A stretch of 64,000 nucleotides of DNA from a virus: IMG/VR virus record IMGVR_UViG_3300022839_000007, positions 93,789 through 157,788 of that record; one strand, 5' to 3'. Shown here piece after piece: positions 1-9,203 of this stretch. The translations under genes were made by a program, and so were the position numbers. The notes beneath the pieces are model-generated. The model did no database searches. It was not told where the DNA came from and worked only from the letters and a program-made list of their open reading frames with translations. Numbering within the stretch: the first letter of the stretch is position 1; each line of letters begins with the position of its first letter.

Positions 1-1059
1 CTTTCCATGCTGCTCAGTGTGCCAATATACTCCATTAAATTCAATAGCCAAGTTATGATGTGGCATATAAAGATCTAGTTCTACGCCATTGAGTACACAT
101 CGATCACGATGTATTGTTTCGATGCCGTTGTCCTCTAAAAACTGTTTGATCTCTAGTTCGCCTACTGACGTTCCGATCTTAACTTCTTTAAACGGCAGCT
201 GATAGCGATCAGTGATATTAGTTATCACAGCCAACGAAACATTAGTCTCTTTGGCTAATGCTGTTCTCAACGCCGGGGTTTCTTTATTCTTGATATGATC
301 AATTACATATTGATATTGAGCTTGGTAATTTTTGTCTTTGCTGTTCTGTATTTTTTCAATCACACTTGCTAGTTGAGTCGAATGTTCAACTCCGTACTTG
401 CTAAGTGTGCGTTGTCTTTTCTTTTGTTTGACCGATTGCGTTTTTTGTGGATGGCATCCGTATTTTTCGTCAAATGTCTTATGACGTGCGCTCTTCAGTT
501 CTTCTGACTTTGATTTTAACGTACTACTAATTTTTTGCTTTGTTTCTTCGAGGTGGACTGCATTGTCCACTCCGTATTTGTATAAGCAAGTTTCTTTAGC
601 AAGACTTCTATTATTATATACAGCATCGCCGTATTTTTTTAATTTAGTCTCGGCTCTTTTGGTCTTGCTAGTGTTGTCATTCCTTGAACACTGTATACTA
701 CAATGCTCTGAAAAAGTCTTGGTTGAGGAGTTAAAATACCTCACAGGATTGCCACAAATTTTACAACAAGGTACTACTATGTTATTTATTATGCAATGTA
801 TTGCAACTGACGTTTTTAAATTTGGAAATTCGATTGCAATACTATCTTTTATTTCTTGCGAAAGTATCTTTGTGATATTAGGATTGAGCTTTTTATTGTT
901 AGTAAAAAGATTAGGGATACGAGTTAACGCATCCCTAATTTGCTTAATACTTGTTTTTTGATACGTGGTCTCTATATCGAGCGTCGTTTCGGTTCCATTG
1001 TTCGCCGGTGCCTTGCATGATGTCGATGCATCTATCAATGGTTTTACTGGTCCAGTCAC
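1..1059 (-). CDS. Putative free-standing homing endonuclease (Zn-ribbon, KYG repeats, PD-(D/E)XK-like nuclease); runs off the window end; missing from the ORF track
   Basis: Stop-free minus frame read manually from GTG 1059 (AGGAGA 5 nt upstream) to position 1. It contains CKICG...CSIQC, repeated KYG(D/V/C) units and ELDLYMPHHNLAIEFNGVYWH. Confidence 0.8.
   Translation of the reverse strand, partial: MTGPVKPLIDASTSCKAPANNGTETTLDIETTYQKTSIKQIRDALTRIPNLFTNNKKLNPNITKILSQEIKDSIAIEFPNLKTSVAIHCIINNIVVPCCKICGNPVRYFNSSTKTFSEHCSIQCSRNDNTSKTKRAETKLKKYGDAVYNNRSLAKETCLYKYGVDNAVHLEETKQKISSTLKSKSEELKSARHKTFDEKYGCHPQKTQSVKQKKRQRTLSKYGVEHSTQLASVIEKIQNSKDKNYQAQYQYVIDHIKNKETPALRTALAKETNVSLAVITNITDRYQLPFKEVKIGTSVGELEIKQFLEDNGIETIHRDRCVLNGVELDLYMPHHNLAIEFNGVYWHTEQHGK
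904..939 (-). terminator. Intrinsic-terminator-like hairpin
   Basis: Minus strand AUUAGGGAUGCG-UUAACU-CGUAUCCCUAAU (12-bp stem) followed by CUUUUU, just after the glycosyltransferase stop codon. Confidence 0.55.
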
Positions 1060-2107
1060 TGATTTCTCCTATTCGTGTATGCGGATTGTCCAGTAAGTTA
1101 TCTAGTTTATTTGCAGCGTCTTCTACGCTCCACGGAACAAACAACCGTGTGTGGTCGTTGTTGAAAATTTCCGGAAAGCTTCGATATGCTGGATACAACA
1201 CGTTACACCCAAGAGCGTCTGCTTCACTAACTGTATTACTAGTCCAATCCTGTAATGCATTATTTATCATTACACGACTATCATTGAGAATGTTATAGTA
1301 GTCATTCTTTTGTAGATTTTCGTATACTTTCAATACACCTCTACGGGCCAACTCGTTTGCACGTTTGATATACTTAGGATTATTTGAACGTAGCGGTCCG
1401 CCCTGCAATACAGCAAACTCTACATCTGTTTCTGCATATTGTTCGGCAAGATCCATATAAAAATCTGGTTGTTTCTCCTGATCCCACCGAGAAGAAAATA
1501 CAACACGCATTTTACGTTCGTTAAACGGTATAATTCTGCTTACTCGTTCTTGCACTTCTGTTTTGTCAAATGCAAGCCCTGAAATGTTGTAAAGAGGAGC
1601 AGTCCAGTTTGCAATTTTCATGTTAGCAACCATTTCTTCATTGCTTGCTAATACCCCAGTAACAAACTCATTACACATTTGTTCATACAAGCTCATCCAT
1701 TTACTCATGCCCCAAACATGAACAAAATCGTCAGGGTCAATACTTTGTGCTAAACAACGTACCCAGACCTTAGGACGCTGCTCGGCAGGAATCTGATTCA
1801 TTATGTATGGCAACGATTCCATTCCTGGTGCAAACATATCTTCAAAGAATACAACATCTTCTCCAGTACATTCACCGTTACGCATCATTTGCACAAGATT
1901 CATTATTTGACTCATACTAAAATAGCTGCGTCCGTGTGCATCTAACACTTGTCCAACACTAATGGTCTTGGTGTCATCAATTGTAGTACCGGGCACTATA
2001 ACATAGTCGATTCCGCGTCGTTTAAAGGCGCGTTCGCTCCAGTCTTGTAATTGGTAAGTATACCTGGAGATATAACTCTCCAGGCCCATATAAAATAGTT
2101 TACGCAT
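944..2107 (-). CDS. Glycosyltransferase, GT-B fold (family 4-like)
   Basis: VVFSSRWDQEKQP and TVSEADALG...YPAYRSFPE C-terminal GT-B motifs. ATG 2107 overlaps the upstream stop. Confidence 0.75.
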   Translation of the reverse strand: MRKLFYMGLESYISRYTYQLQDWSERAFKRRGIDYVIVPGTTIDDTKTISVGQVLDAHGRSYFSMSQIMNLVQMMRNGECTGEDVVFFEDMFAPGMESLPYIMNQIPAEQRPKVWVRCLAQSIDPDDFVHVWGMSKWMSLYEQMCNEFVTGVLASNEEMVANMKIANWTAPLYNISGLAFDKTEVQERVSRIIPFNERKMRVVFSSRWDQEKQPDFYMDLAEQYAETDVEFAVLQGGPLRSNNPKYIKRANELARRGVLKVYENLQKNDYYNILNDSRVMINNALQDWTSNTVSEADALGCNVLYPAYRSFPEIFNNDHTRLFVPWSVEDAANKLDNLLDNPHTRIGEISDWTSKTIDRCIDIMQGTGEQWNRNDARYRDHVSKNKY

Positions 2108-2340
2108 CAACGCTTCCGATTGTTAATAACCGGACGTCCTTCGCGTTTTGCGCGAGCAACTGCCCGTTTCCATCCACGCCATTTTTTAAATGCGCCCCAA
2201 AGTCTCGACTTTTCGTCATACAACTCTGCCTCGTTAAATGGCAGTAAATTGCCAAATCGGTCTAGTTCAGTTGTACAATAATCGCGAAATTCTTCAAGAT
2301 CGTCAAAAATACGATTAACTACAGTATTGGTAATAGTCAT
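2107..2340 (-). CDS. Hypothetical phage protein
   Basis: ORF with AGGA Shine-Dalgarno; sigma70-like promoter upstream. Confidence 0.7.
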   Translation of the reverse strand: MTITNTVVNRIFDDLEEFRDYCTTELDRFGNLLPFNEAELYDEKSRLWGAFKKWRGWKRAVARAKREGRPVINNRKR

Positions 2341-2375
2341 AGTAGCAGTCCTTGTGTTATGTGAAAGTATAATTA

Positions 2376-2404
2376 AGTATACAACAGATATTAGTATGCG
2401 TCAA
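2376..2404 (-). promoter_or_regulatory. Sigma70-type promoter
   Basis: TTGACG-N17-TATACT. Confidence 0.7.
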
Positions 2405-2408
2405 CGAA

Positions 2409-2768
2409 TTATGCCGGCGTATACTCAATAATACCGTCGCTTTCGCCATCTTCGGATATTACAATTTCGTAATATCGATCAGATCCATAGGAGGGAATAA
2501 GATGTTGTTTTAAAATATCATCGCCGATCATCTCGCAGCTTTTGTGATTCATGTTACCGGACTTAATAAACTCTTGCAATCGCCATTTAGTAAGAAAAAA
2601 CTCTAGTTCTCTGTCCAAATGAGTAACTGAAATTTTAACCTCTACTTTGAACATATGTCTATGTTCAACTTCAAGAAACTTGATGCGAGAATCAATTTTT
2701 CCTGCGCCTGGATAATAGTGAAAGCCTTCAAATTCTGTTCTAATTTTAATAAATGTCTTAGTTGTCAA
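2409..2768 (-). CDS. dpdL: QueD-like T-fold protein, DpdL-type (putative CDG decarboxylase)
   Basis: LEVEHRHMF matches the LxxxHRHxF signature; also SCEM and C-terminal SEDGE; lies next to a TGT-fold gene. Confidence 0.7.
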   Translation of the reverse strand: MTTKTFIKIRTEFEGFHYYPGAGKIDSRIKFLEVEHRHMFKVEVKISVTHLDRELEFFLTKWRLQEFIKSGNMNHKSCEMIGDDILKQHLIPSYGSDRYYEIVISEDGESDGIIEYTPA

Positions 2769-2785
2769 ACTATAATATCCTTGTG

Positions 2786-3310
2786 TTAAGTAATAATTTC
2801 GTCTGCAGTATACTTACTCCAGTCGGTAAATGCAGTACGCGATGTTAGCTCGTTTAGTTTATGTACCCACACTCCTGGGTTTGTAGCATCAAACCCCTTG
2901 TCGTCAATTTTGAGACATGCATTATATCCAAGTTGCGCAATGTAAGGAATCTTAGCAGAAATCATTGGAATAAATCTATTGTGTTCAGTAAATCCAGTTT
3001 CGAGTAATCCCTCAACTTGACTAATGTCCACGTCTAGTGTAACCCAGAGTTTTTTCTCTAACAGTGGAAATATCATAGCTTCCCAAGGTGCCCACTGTTC
3101 AGAACTATTTTCTGTAACATCGAAGCTCATATTAGCACCGCAATACACGTGACTGCATCCATTAAAATTTGCAATGATTGCTACCTCGGCGGCATTTTTA
3201 ATACCTACTACAAATAATGTTTTTTTACCATACCCTGGAGTATGTTCTACTTCGTTACCTACAAAATATTGCACATCTTCTTTTGTGCCTTGGTCGTAAA
3301 CTCTTTTCAT
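2786..3310 (-). CDS. Hypothetical protein inside the deazaguanine cluster
   Basis: Clean ORF between the TGT-like and DpdL-like genes; likely start MKRVYDQG. Confidence 0.7.
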   Translation of the reverse strand: MKRVYDQGTKEDVQYFVGNEVEHTPGYGKKTLFVVGIKNAAEVAIIANFNGCSHVYCGANMSFDVTENSSEQWAPWEAMIFPLLEKKLWVTLDVDISQVEGLLETGFTEHNRFIPMISAKIPYIAQLGYNACLKIDDKGFDATNPGVWVHKLNELTSRTAFTDWSKYTADEIIT

Positions 3311-3386
3311 ATATCTACCTTGTGCTTGTGTACTACTATAATACATGCTAGTTGTAAATATTACAACCGCTAATACCTAAAAGTTG

Positions 3387-4937
3387 TTAATCAAACAATT
3401 CGTTAAATTTAGTACTAGCATTTACAGTTTTTTTGCCAATATTAAGACGAGTACCAATTACCTGCATCCAAAATCGATCATATTTTTCAACTACTTCCAA
3501 CGCGGATTCTCTTGTTGTCTTAGAAAAGATTTCGTCTATTGCGTCTCTAAATTTCAGTCCTGACATTCCCCATTTATCATCAATAAGCATATAAGGGAAT
3601 TTGCCTGCATCGTATTCTCTATTAGCGCGTTGTGTACTTTCTACATGCATCCAAACATTGTGTCCCATTTGCAATGCATAGCTGAAACTATCCCAGCTGG
3701 TTGAATCCTTAGTTCGTATGATCTGGTCTCCGTACTTGTCTAGCAATGGAATTCCGGTCTTGTCTAATTCAGGATCTCCTTTGTTAACTTTGATACTACC
3801 TACTTTATTAGTGTCCCCCGGTGCATAGATACAGACGTCGTTCATTTTAAGTATATTGCTAATTGGTGAATTTTCAAAAGATTTAAGTATATTGTCTTGC
3901 ACAACTGCATCGCTAAACTTTCGAATATCGGAAGAGTACTTTAATGCATCGGCGCCCGGAGCCATCATATAACTCCATTTTCCGCGATCCTCGATACGAA
4001 TACTGTGATAAATTTGTCCATTTGCAGTAGCAAGGAATGGACTTGCACAATCATATGTAATCATAAAGTTTTTATTATGATATTTACGGATAGCACGTTG
4101 AATATCAGTAAGCAGAATTGCCCACTCTAATTTACTAGTACCAAGAAAATGCATTACATCGTGCAATCCTTCTTCTAATAGCCCGTCGTATATCATATGA
4201 ACTAACCTACGAAGAATCAAATGAACATCGCACATATTCTGCCCACCCATTGCCCATCCATTAAAGTAAGTGCCGGGGTATTTTGTAGGATCGCAATAGT
4301 CTTTAAATTCATTATACCAGCCATCGGCATCGGCATGGTTACTACCTTGCAATACATTGAGTACTTTAAAATTACCACGACGATTTGCCATGTAATATCT
4401 TGCATTAATATGCGTAGCATCAACTGCATCTTGATAACTGTGAATTCCGGCAGCAGCGGCAGCCTTTGGATCCTGAAAGGTCCATGTTGGAATATCCAAC
4501 ATCATTCCGTAATCCATATATTCTTCCATCCAGTCTACAACTAATTTGCGTTTTTTAGCAGCAAGCGGACAATTGGGGTCCGCCCACTTTCCTGGCCATA
4601 ATCCTTTAGCTATCTGGAATCCTCCAGAGTCACCTAACAGCCACGAACTGTCTCTATCTCGGTTACGCACCATATCTTCTTTTTCGCTAAATTTGTTAAT
4701 ATCAAGTTCGGCATGACCTGCAGAATACAGTGCCCATTTATATTGAAACGCACCTTTCGAGGGATTTAAAAAATTTAATCCCTCAACTCCGCCTAGCCCT
4801 ATAGGGATTCTTGCAGTATCTACATATTCTCCGTATCTCTGCTTACCTATAAAAGTTCCGTAAAATCCACTAATGCTCGGTAAGAAGTAAGCATAATCAT
4901 TTTGTGTCGATGTTAAATCGGTATTAATTTTTGTCAT
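3387..4937 (-). CDS. dpdA: TGT-fold 7-deazaguanine transglycosylase-like protein (DpdA/DpdA3-type)
   Basis: GDSGGFQI, LDIP, VLQG, HFLG and TYDCASP correspond to TGT catalytic motifs. There is no C-terminal CxCxxC zinc site. Confidence 0.75.
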   Translation of the reverse strand: MTKINTDLTSTQNDYAYFLPSISGFYGTFIGKQRYGEYVDTARIPIGLGGVEGLNFLNPSKGAFQYKWALYSAGHAELDINKFSEKEDMVRNRDRDSSWLLGDSGGFQIAKGLWPGKWADPNCPLAAKKRKLVVDWMEEYMDYGMMLDIPTWTFQDPKAAAAAGIHSYQDAVDATHINARYYMANRRGNFKVLNVLQGSNHADADGWYNEFKDYCDPTKYPGTYFNGWAMGGQNMCDVHLILRRLVHMIYDGLLEEGLHDVMHFLGTSKLEWAILLTDIQRAIRKYHNKNFMITYDCASPFLATANGQIYHSIRIEDRGKWSYMMAPGADALKYSSDIRKFSDAVVQDNILKSFENSPISNILKMNDVCIYAPGDTNKVGSIKVNKGDPELDKTGIPLLDKYGDQIIRTKDSTSWDSFSYALQMGHNVWMHVESTQRANREYDAGKFPYMLIDDKWGMSGLKFRDAIDEIFSKTTRESALEVVEKYDRFWMQVIGTRLNIGKKTVNASTKFNELFD

Positions 4938-4969
4938 ATATCTGCGTTCTTCCTAGTGGAATCTTTAAT

Positions 4970-5368
4970 TTATACAGTTTTTATATTTTTTAGAACCGCG
5001 GTTATTTCGTTAATTGAGTCAATCGTGGACGTAGTAGTGTACGAACTGGGAGGCGCGCCTGTAATTCCGCCGCCCAAAGTATACGTATTCGAATTGTATG
5101 CAGGATACGGGTACGGACTAGCTGCAGGATACGTGTATACACTAGATTTAGAATTACTAGCATGTTGCAAGTCTTTTACCCTGCGTTCTAATAGATCAAC
5201 TTTAATAATAAGCCCCTCTAGCGGTCCTGTAGTAGCATTATCTTTGCAAGGATGAACCATAGCTGCTATTATCATGAAATTACGTAATGCAGCTTTTACT
5301 GCAGGGTTGTCTGATGCAAGTGCTGCATCAAACATTTTAGCAAATTCTTCAAAACTAAAATCTGTCAT
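4970..5368 (-). CDS. Hypothetical protein with low-complexity Y/P/S/T tail
   Basis: ORF packed in the operon between the clamp and TGT-like genes. Confidence 0.6.
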   Translation of the reverse strand: MTDFSFEEFAKMFDAALASDNPAVKAALRNFMIIAAMVHPCKDNATTGPLEGLIIKVDLLERRVKDLQHASNSKSSVYTYPAASPYPYPAYNSNTYTLGGGITGAPPSSYTTTSTIDSINEITAVLKNIKTV

Positions 5369-5370
5369 TT

Positions 5371-6099
5371 TTATTTTACCTGAGCAGGAAGAATATAATC
5401 GTATGTCGCCATGCCTGAATTTACACTAATTTTCATAGCACCTTGACCGGTAATACTCATTACTTTGTCGCCGTTTAATTCAAGAATGGCAATTGTTTGC
5501 GCAACTGGCCACGAATGGACATGCGATAGCTTTCCTGAAATACCACGATGAAAAGTAAACTTACCAGCATGTGTACTCGAGTCGCCAAAGTAAAAATTAA
5601 GATCTCCATTTTCTATTTTAACTCGAAATACAGATTCTTCACTGTGTGCTCCTGCCATTAATTTCATTCGAGCAATATTAGCAAGAGATGGTTCAATTTC
5701 TACTTCCCAACTTTTGCCGTTATATGTTGCACTTTTTAACTTTTCTTCAATTGTAGCAGTATTCATAAAACAATAGTCGTTTTGAAAATCACCGCTGCTA
5801 TTTTTAAAATGCATGTGAGTAGGAAGAACTACCCCATTGCGTTCGTCTTGGACTACTTCAATTGTTGCATTATCTTTGTATTCTGGATTTTTGAGATGAT
5901 ACGCAAGCTTTCCTAAGTCGGGCATACCAAAAGTACCAATAAACTCACCGACTGGAGTTTTTGTAACAGCCTTCATAATAACGCTGCGGTCTTCGGTCAT
6001 TGCTTCGATAACTGTAGTATCTTCAGCAGTGACTTTGAGTATAGTAATAAAGCCCAACGAATGTGTATGGCTTACAATGTCTTTTAAAATATCTTTCAT
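5371..6099 (-). CDS. Putative DNA polymerase sliding clamp (gp45-like)
   Basis: 242 aa two-domain alpha/beta pattern ending in YDYILPA; AGGAGA SD; close to polB. Confidence 0.55.
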   Translation of the reverse strand: MKDILKDIVSHTHSLGFITILKVTAEDTTVIEAMTEDRSVIMKAVTKTPVGEFIGTFGMPDLGKLAYHLKNPEYKDNATIEVVQDERNGVVLPTHMHFKNSSGDFQNDYCFMNTATIEEKLKSATYNGKSWEVEIEPSLANIARMKLMAGAHSEESVFRVKIENGDLNFYFGDSSTHAGKFTFHRGISGKLSHVHSWPVAQTIAILELNGDKVMSITGQGAMKISVNSGMATYDYILPAQVK

Positions 6100-6143
6100 G
6101 TGTTCTCCTGTTAATTTAATTTTATATTAATTATCATAGTTTG

Positions 6144-6890
6144 TCAAGTAATTTTTTTAATTATTTTATTATAATCTACTGCTGCTTCAATCGTATTTAG
6201 GTTAATATTGTTATCTGCTGCCATTTTTAAAAGAGCAGCAGTGTCTTTAGGAAAGCACATTCCGTTCCATCCGCGCTGTTCTACATATGTATGGCTATGC
6301 CCAATCCGTACATCCTCGGCAATGCCAGCTCTAACTTGATCAAAATCAATACCAGTTGCTGCACACATATCGTATACGTGATTAAAGAAGCTAACTTTTG
6401 TAGCAAGAAATGCATTTCTAAAGTATTTGATCATAATTGCTTCCTCGGGCAATATAATATGCTGTTTTATATGAGGTGCCATTGTACGGTATTGGTCTGC
6501 CCAATAGTTACAATTTCCACTAAGTATAACAGTGTCGGTATTTTTGATATCATTCAGATAATTACCGGCACGTAAAAACTCTGGACTAAAGCATAACTCT
6601 TTTTGTGGAAATGTTTCTTTTAATATATTCCATCCGTCTAAGCTAATGGTGCTTTTGATTAATATTCTAGCGTGATCCGGTACTGCTTGTACAACCTCCA
6701 TAACATCACTAATATCGCAGGCACCGTCGATGCCTTGAGGAGTAGGAACACATACAATAAGTTGAGTAGTGTCCTGCCCAATGGTATTTTGATTATATTT
6801 TGGATCGACAATTTTAATCTGGTCACCCCATCCTTTAAAAAATATTTCGTATGCCTTGCCTACAAATCCGTATCCTGCAATAATCATCAT
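6144..6890 (-). CDS. ugd: UDP-glucose/GDP-mannose dehydrogenase family (short form)
   Basis: GYGFVG Rossmann motif, CVPTP, KST, SPEFL, GMCFPKD with catalytic Cys. Confidence 0.85.
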   Translation of the reverse strand: MMIIAGYGFVGKAYEIFFKGWGDQIKIVDPKYNQNTIGQDTTQLIVCVPTPQGIDGACDISDVMEVVQAVPDHARILIKSTISLDGWNILKETFPQKELCFSPEFLRAGNYLNDIKNTDTVILSGNCNYWADQYRTMAPHIKQHIILPEEAIMIKYFRNAFLATKVSFFNHVYDMCAATGIDFDQVRAGIAEDVRIGHSHTYVEQRGWNGMCFPKDTAALLKMAADNNINLNTIEAAVDYNKIIKKIT

Positions 6891-7597
6891 TGTGCTATTT
6901 TTTCCTCTTGTAAATATATAAGATGTTTGTATGTATCTCTCCAACTCTTTACTTGATAGGAGTTTTGTACTAGTATTGCCAGCGGCGCGTCGTTGCCGCC
7001 GGGCATTGTTTTGTCACCAAAGAAATAAATATTATCCACACTTGTATCAAAGTCCTTAATAATTTGACTTTTGTCATATCCAGTTGGGTATATATCTATG
7101 CCTGTGTCGCCACCAATAACAGCAGTAAGGTCCTTATAAGCCATGTTAAATTGTAAAGCAATACTTTCTCGTTCTTGTTGCTTAATATCCCATGCTATAT
7201 ACTCGTTACGTTGCGCGATTGTTGCTCCTCTTCCTATAATACTAAAGTTTACAGTGCCAGGACGTTCTTCGATGTGTGTACCTGTACGTATAGGAAACTT
7301 GCTAATTTCTAAACAATATTCTAAGGTTCTGCGACATTTATTTGGTAACGTCCAATTGTTTCTTTTTATATTTTTACCATGTTGCCACACATCATTTCCT
7401 GAGCAGTTGTATACTGTAGTTACATTGTTTACAATATAATCTCCAAGTTGGTCTATAGTTTTTTGATGGTCGCTTCCGGTAACAATATACACATCGTTGT
7501 CTGTGCAGAAACTATGAAAAAAATTCTTGAATACAGGATTAATTAGTTGTCTGCTAGGAGTAAGGGTTCCGTCTACATCAAATATAAACTTATTCAT
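6887..7597 (-). CDS. HAD-IIB hydrolase, eukaryote-type phosphomannomutase-like
   Basis: FDVDGTLT, VTGSD, NFSIIGR, FFGDKTMPGGND. Confidence 0.85.
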   Translation of the reverse strand: MNKFIFDVDGTLTPSRQLINPVFKNFFHSFCTDNDVYIVTGSDHQKTIDQLGDYIVNNVTTVYNCSGNDVWQHGKNIKRNNWTLPNKCRRTLEYCLEISKFPIRTGTHIEERPGTVNFSIIGRGATIAQRNEYIAWDIKQQERESIALQFNMAYKDLTAVIGGDTGIDIYPTGYDKSQIIKDFDTSVDNIYFFGDKTMPGGNDAPLAILVQNSYQVKSWRDTYKHLIYLQEEKIAQ

Positions 7598-8012
7598 TTT
7601 TTTCACATTTTGCAACTCGTCTGCGTAGGTCACTAGTACTAAATCTGTGATCACGCTTGTTAAAATGTAAGTCTATGCCTCGTTTGCGACAAATATCTTT
7701 GCCGCTAAACTCCTTCTCTCGATATTCCTCTCCAAGGAATCGAACATCAATTTGAAACAATTCTAATATGTCAACTAGATCCTGCTCTGTTTGATAAGGT
7801 ACTATTTCGTCAACAAACTTAAGAGCATTTAATTGTGCATATCTCTCTACTAATGTTTGCACAGGTTTATTTTTTTCTGTTGGGCGATCTATTGTAGGAT
7901 CAGTTTGTAATCCTACAATAAGATAATCGCAATTTGATCTTGCTTCACGCAACATCCCAATGTGTCCTGCATGAAGCAAATCAAATGAACTAAACGTAAT
8001 ACCTACTTTCAT
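7590..8012 (-). CDS. Glycerol-3-phosphate cytidylyltransferase-like (HxGH)
   Basis: FDLLHAGH, LIVGLQTDP, RDHRFSTS. Confidence 0.85.
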   Translation of the reverse strand: MKVGITFSSFDLLHAGHIGMLREARSNCDYLIVGLQTDPTIDRPTEKNKPVQTLVERYAQLNALKFVDEIVPYQTEQDLVDILELFQIDVRFLGEEYREKEFSGKDICRKRGIDLHFNKRDHRFSTSDLRRRVAKCEKNE

Positions 8013-8017
8013 ATTTA

Positions 8018-9094
8018 TTACCAACTAAACAAATTGCTAAATGTATTATGACGTTTAGTACTTTCTAAGTCGTAGTTTAGCACACCAATTAAGTTGTCTA
8101 ATTTATTATCAATAATTACTTCTTCCATTGCACTGTCGTCAAATGGCAATTCCTTAAACCATGCCGGCATACGCATTTCGTCAGTAGGATATGCAACGCT
8201 AGTAAATCCCAACGGATTAGCTTTAACTTTACAAACGATTACTTTCATTCCGTCGACAATTTCTTGAGAATAACGATCGCCGTTCATTCTTTTAAGTGTG
8301 TTCCAGTTAATGCTTGCTCTAACATGTCCTGGCATGTTTGCCTTGCCTTGTTTTTCTTCCAGTCGCTGATAGTGCAAAATATTGTTTGCACGTTTAGGAG
8401 ATCCCTTTTCGTATCCAGGCCGATCTTTAAATTCTTTACGAAATTCAGTGATTGCATCTAGAATATCACTCTCGTTGGCTTTTTGTAAAACCATCATCAA
8501 TAAAGTGCTAAGGAAAGTTTGCATAAACAAAGGAGTGTCCGATCTCTTGAGATCTAACCCCATAGCTTTAACTTTACCGGGTTTTCCGTCGACGTCTTTT
8601 CTATGTCCTTCAACATCAATAACCAGTGCAGCATATCGTTTTTTAGTAATGAACAACCCGGTTTCTGCAACAATTTCTCGTCCAGCTGCAATAACGTCGG
8701 ACCTAGACTTAGGGCAATGAAATGCTTGTGCCATAAATTTTTCAAACGTTGTATTTGCTTGATCAGCAACTTGATCATATAGTTTAATGGCGTTTTCTTT
8801 ATTCCACGGAACTTTTCCTGCTGCTACATCGTCTTTTATCATCGGCCATGCACTGAAATATACCGAGTTATGTATTAGGATGTTGTTAGCAAAGAACCAG
8901 GGCTGGTCGCTATTTTTCATTCCTATATCATATACATATTCGTCGTTGGCTTTTCGAACTTTAGTAACTCTTTTAACTTTGCTTCGAGATAGACTTAGTT
9001 TTTTAGATCCAACCTCATTGAGAAATTCCTTTACTGCAAAAGCAACTTCCTCTTTAGTTGTTGCTGATAATATCTTGATTAAGTTATCTTTCAT
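8018..9094 (-). CDS. polB: Family-B DNA polymerase fragment C: C-intein plus palm/thumb
   Basis: YVYDIG...FFANNILIHN/SVYF, then KKRYA and KAMGLDLKRSDTP. Confidence 0.92.
   Translation of the reverse strand: MKDNLIKILSATTKEEVAFAVKEFLNEVGSKKLSLSRSKVKRVTKVRKANDEYVYDIGMKNSDQPWFFANNILIHNSVYFSAWPMIKDDVAAGKVPWNKENAIKLYDQVADQANTTFEKFMAQAFHCPKSRSDVIAAGREIVAETGLFITKKRYAALVIDVEGHRKDVDGKPGKVKAMGLDLKRSDTPLFMQTFLSTLLMMVLQKANESDILDAITEFRKEFKDRPGYEKGSPKRANNILHYQRLEEKQGKANMPGHVRASINWNTLKRMNGDRYSQEIVDGMKVIVCKVKANPLGFTSVAYPTDEMRMPAWFKELPFDDSAMEEVIIDNKLDNLIGVLNYDLESTKRHNTFSNLFSW
8867..9094 (-). mobile_element. Split intein, C-half (76 aa)
   Basis: Block F (YVYDIGM), block G (FFANNILIHN), followed by Ser+1. Confidence 0.9.
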
Positions 9095-9203
9095 TCATTC
9101 TACCATTTTAATATCTGTTGTTCTACTAGGTTAGTATTTGCTGTGTAGTGGACTAACCCGCTTTTTTGCCGTTACGTTTGATTGTTTAATAATAAAATTT
9201 AAA

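Noticed and set aside
563-961. Plus-strand 132-aa ORF and the many other plus-strand ORFs in the track
   Set aside because: These are antisense shadows of motif-bearing minus-strand genes with no SD or recognisable motif. Only phoH and 43717-44004 are supported on the plus strand.
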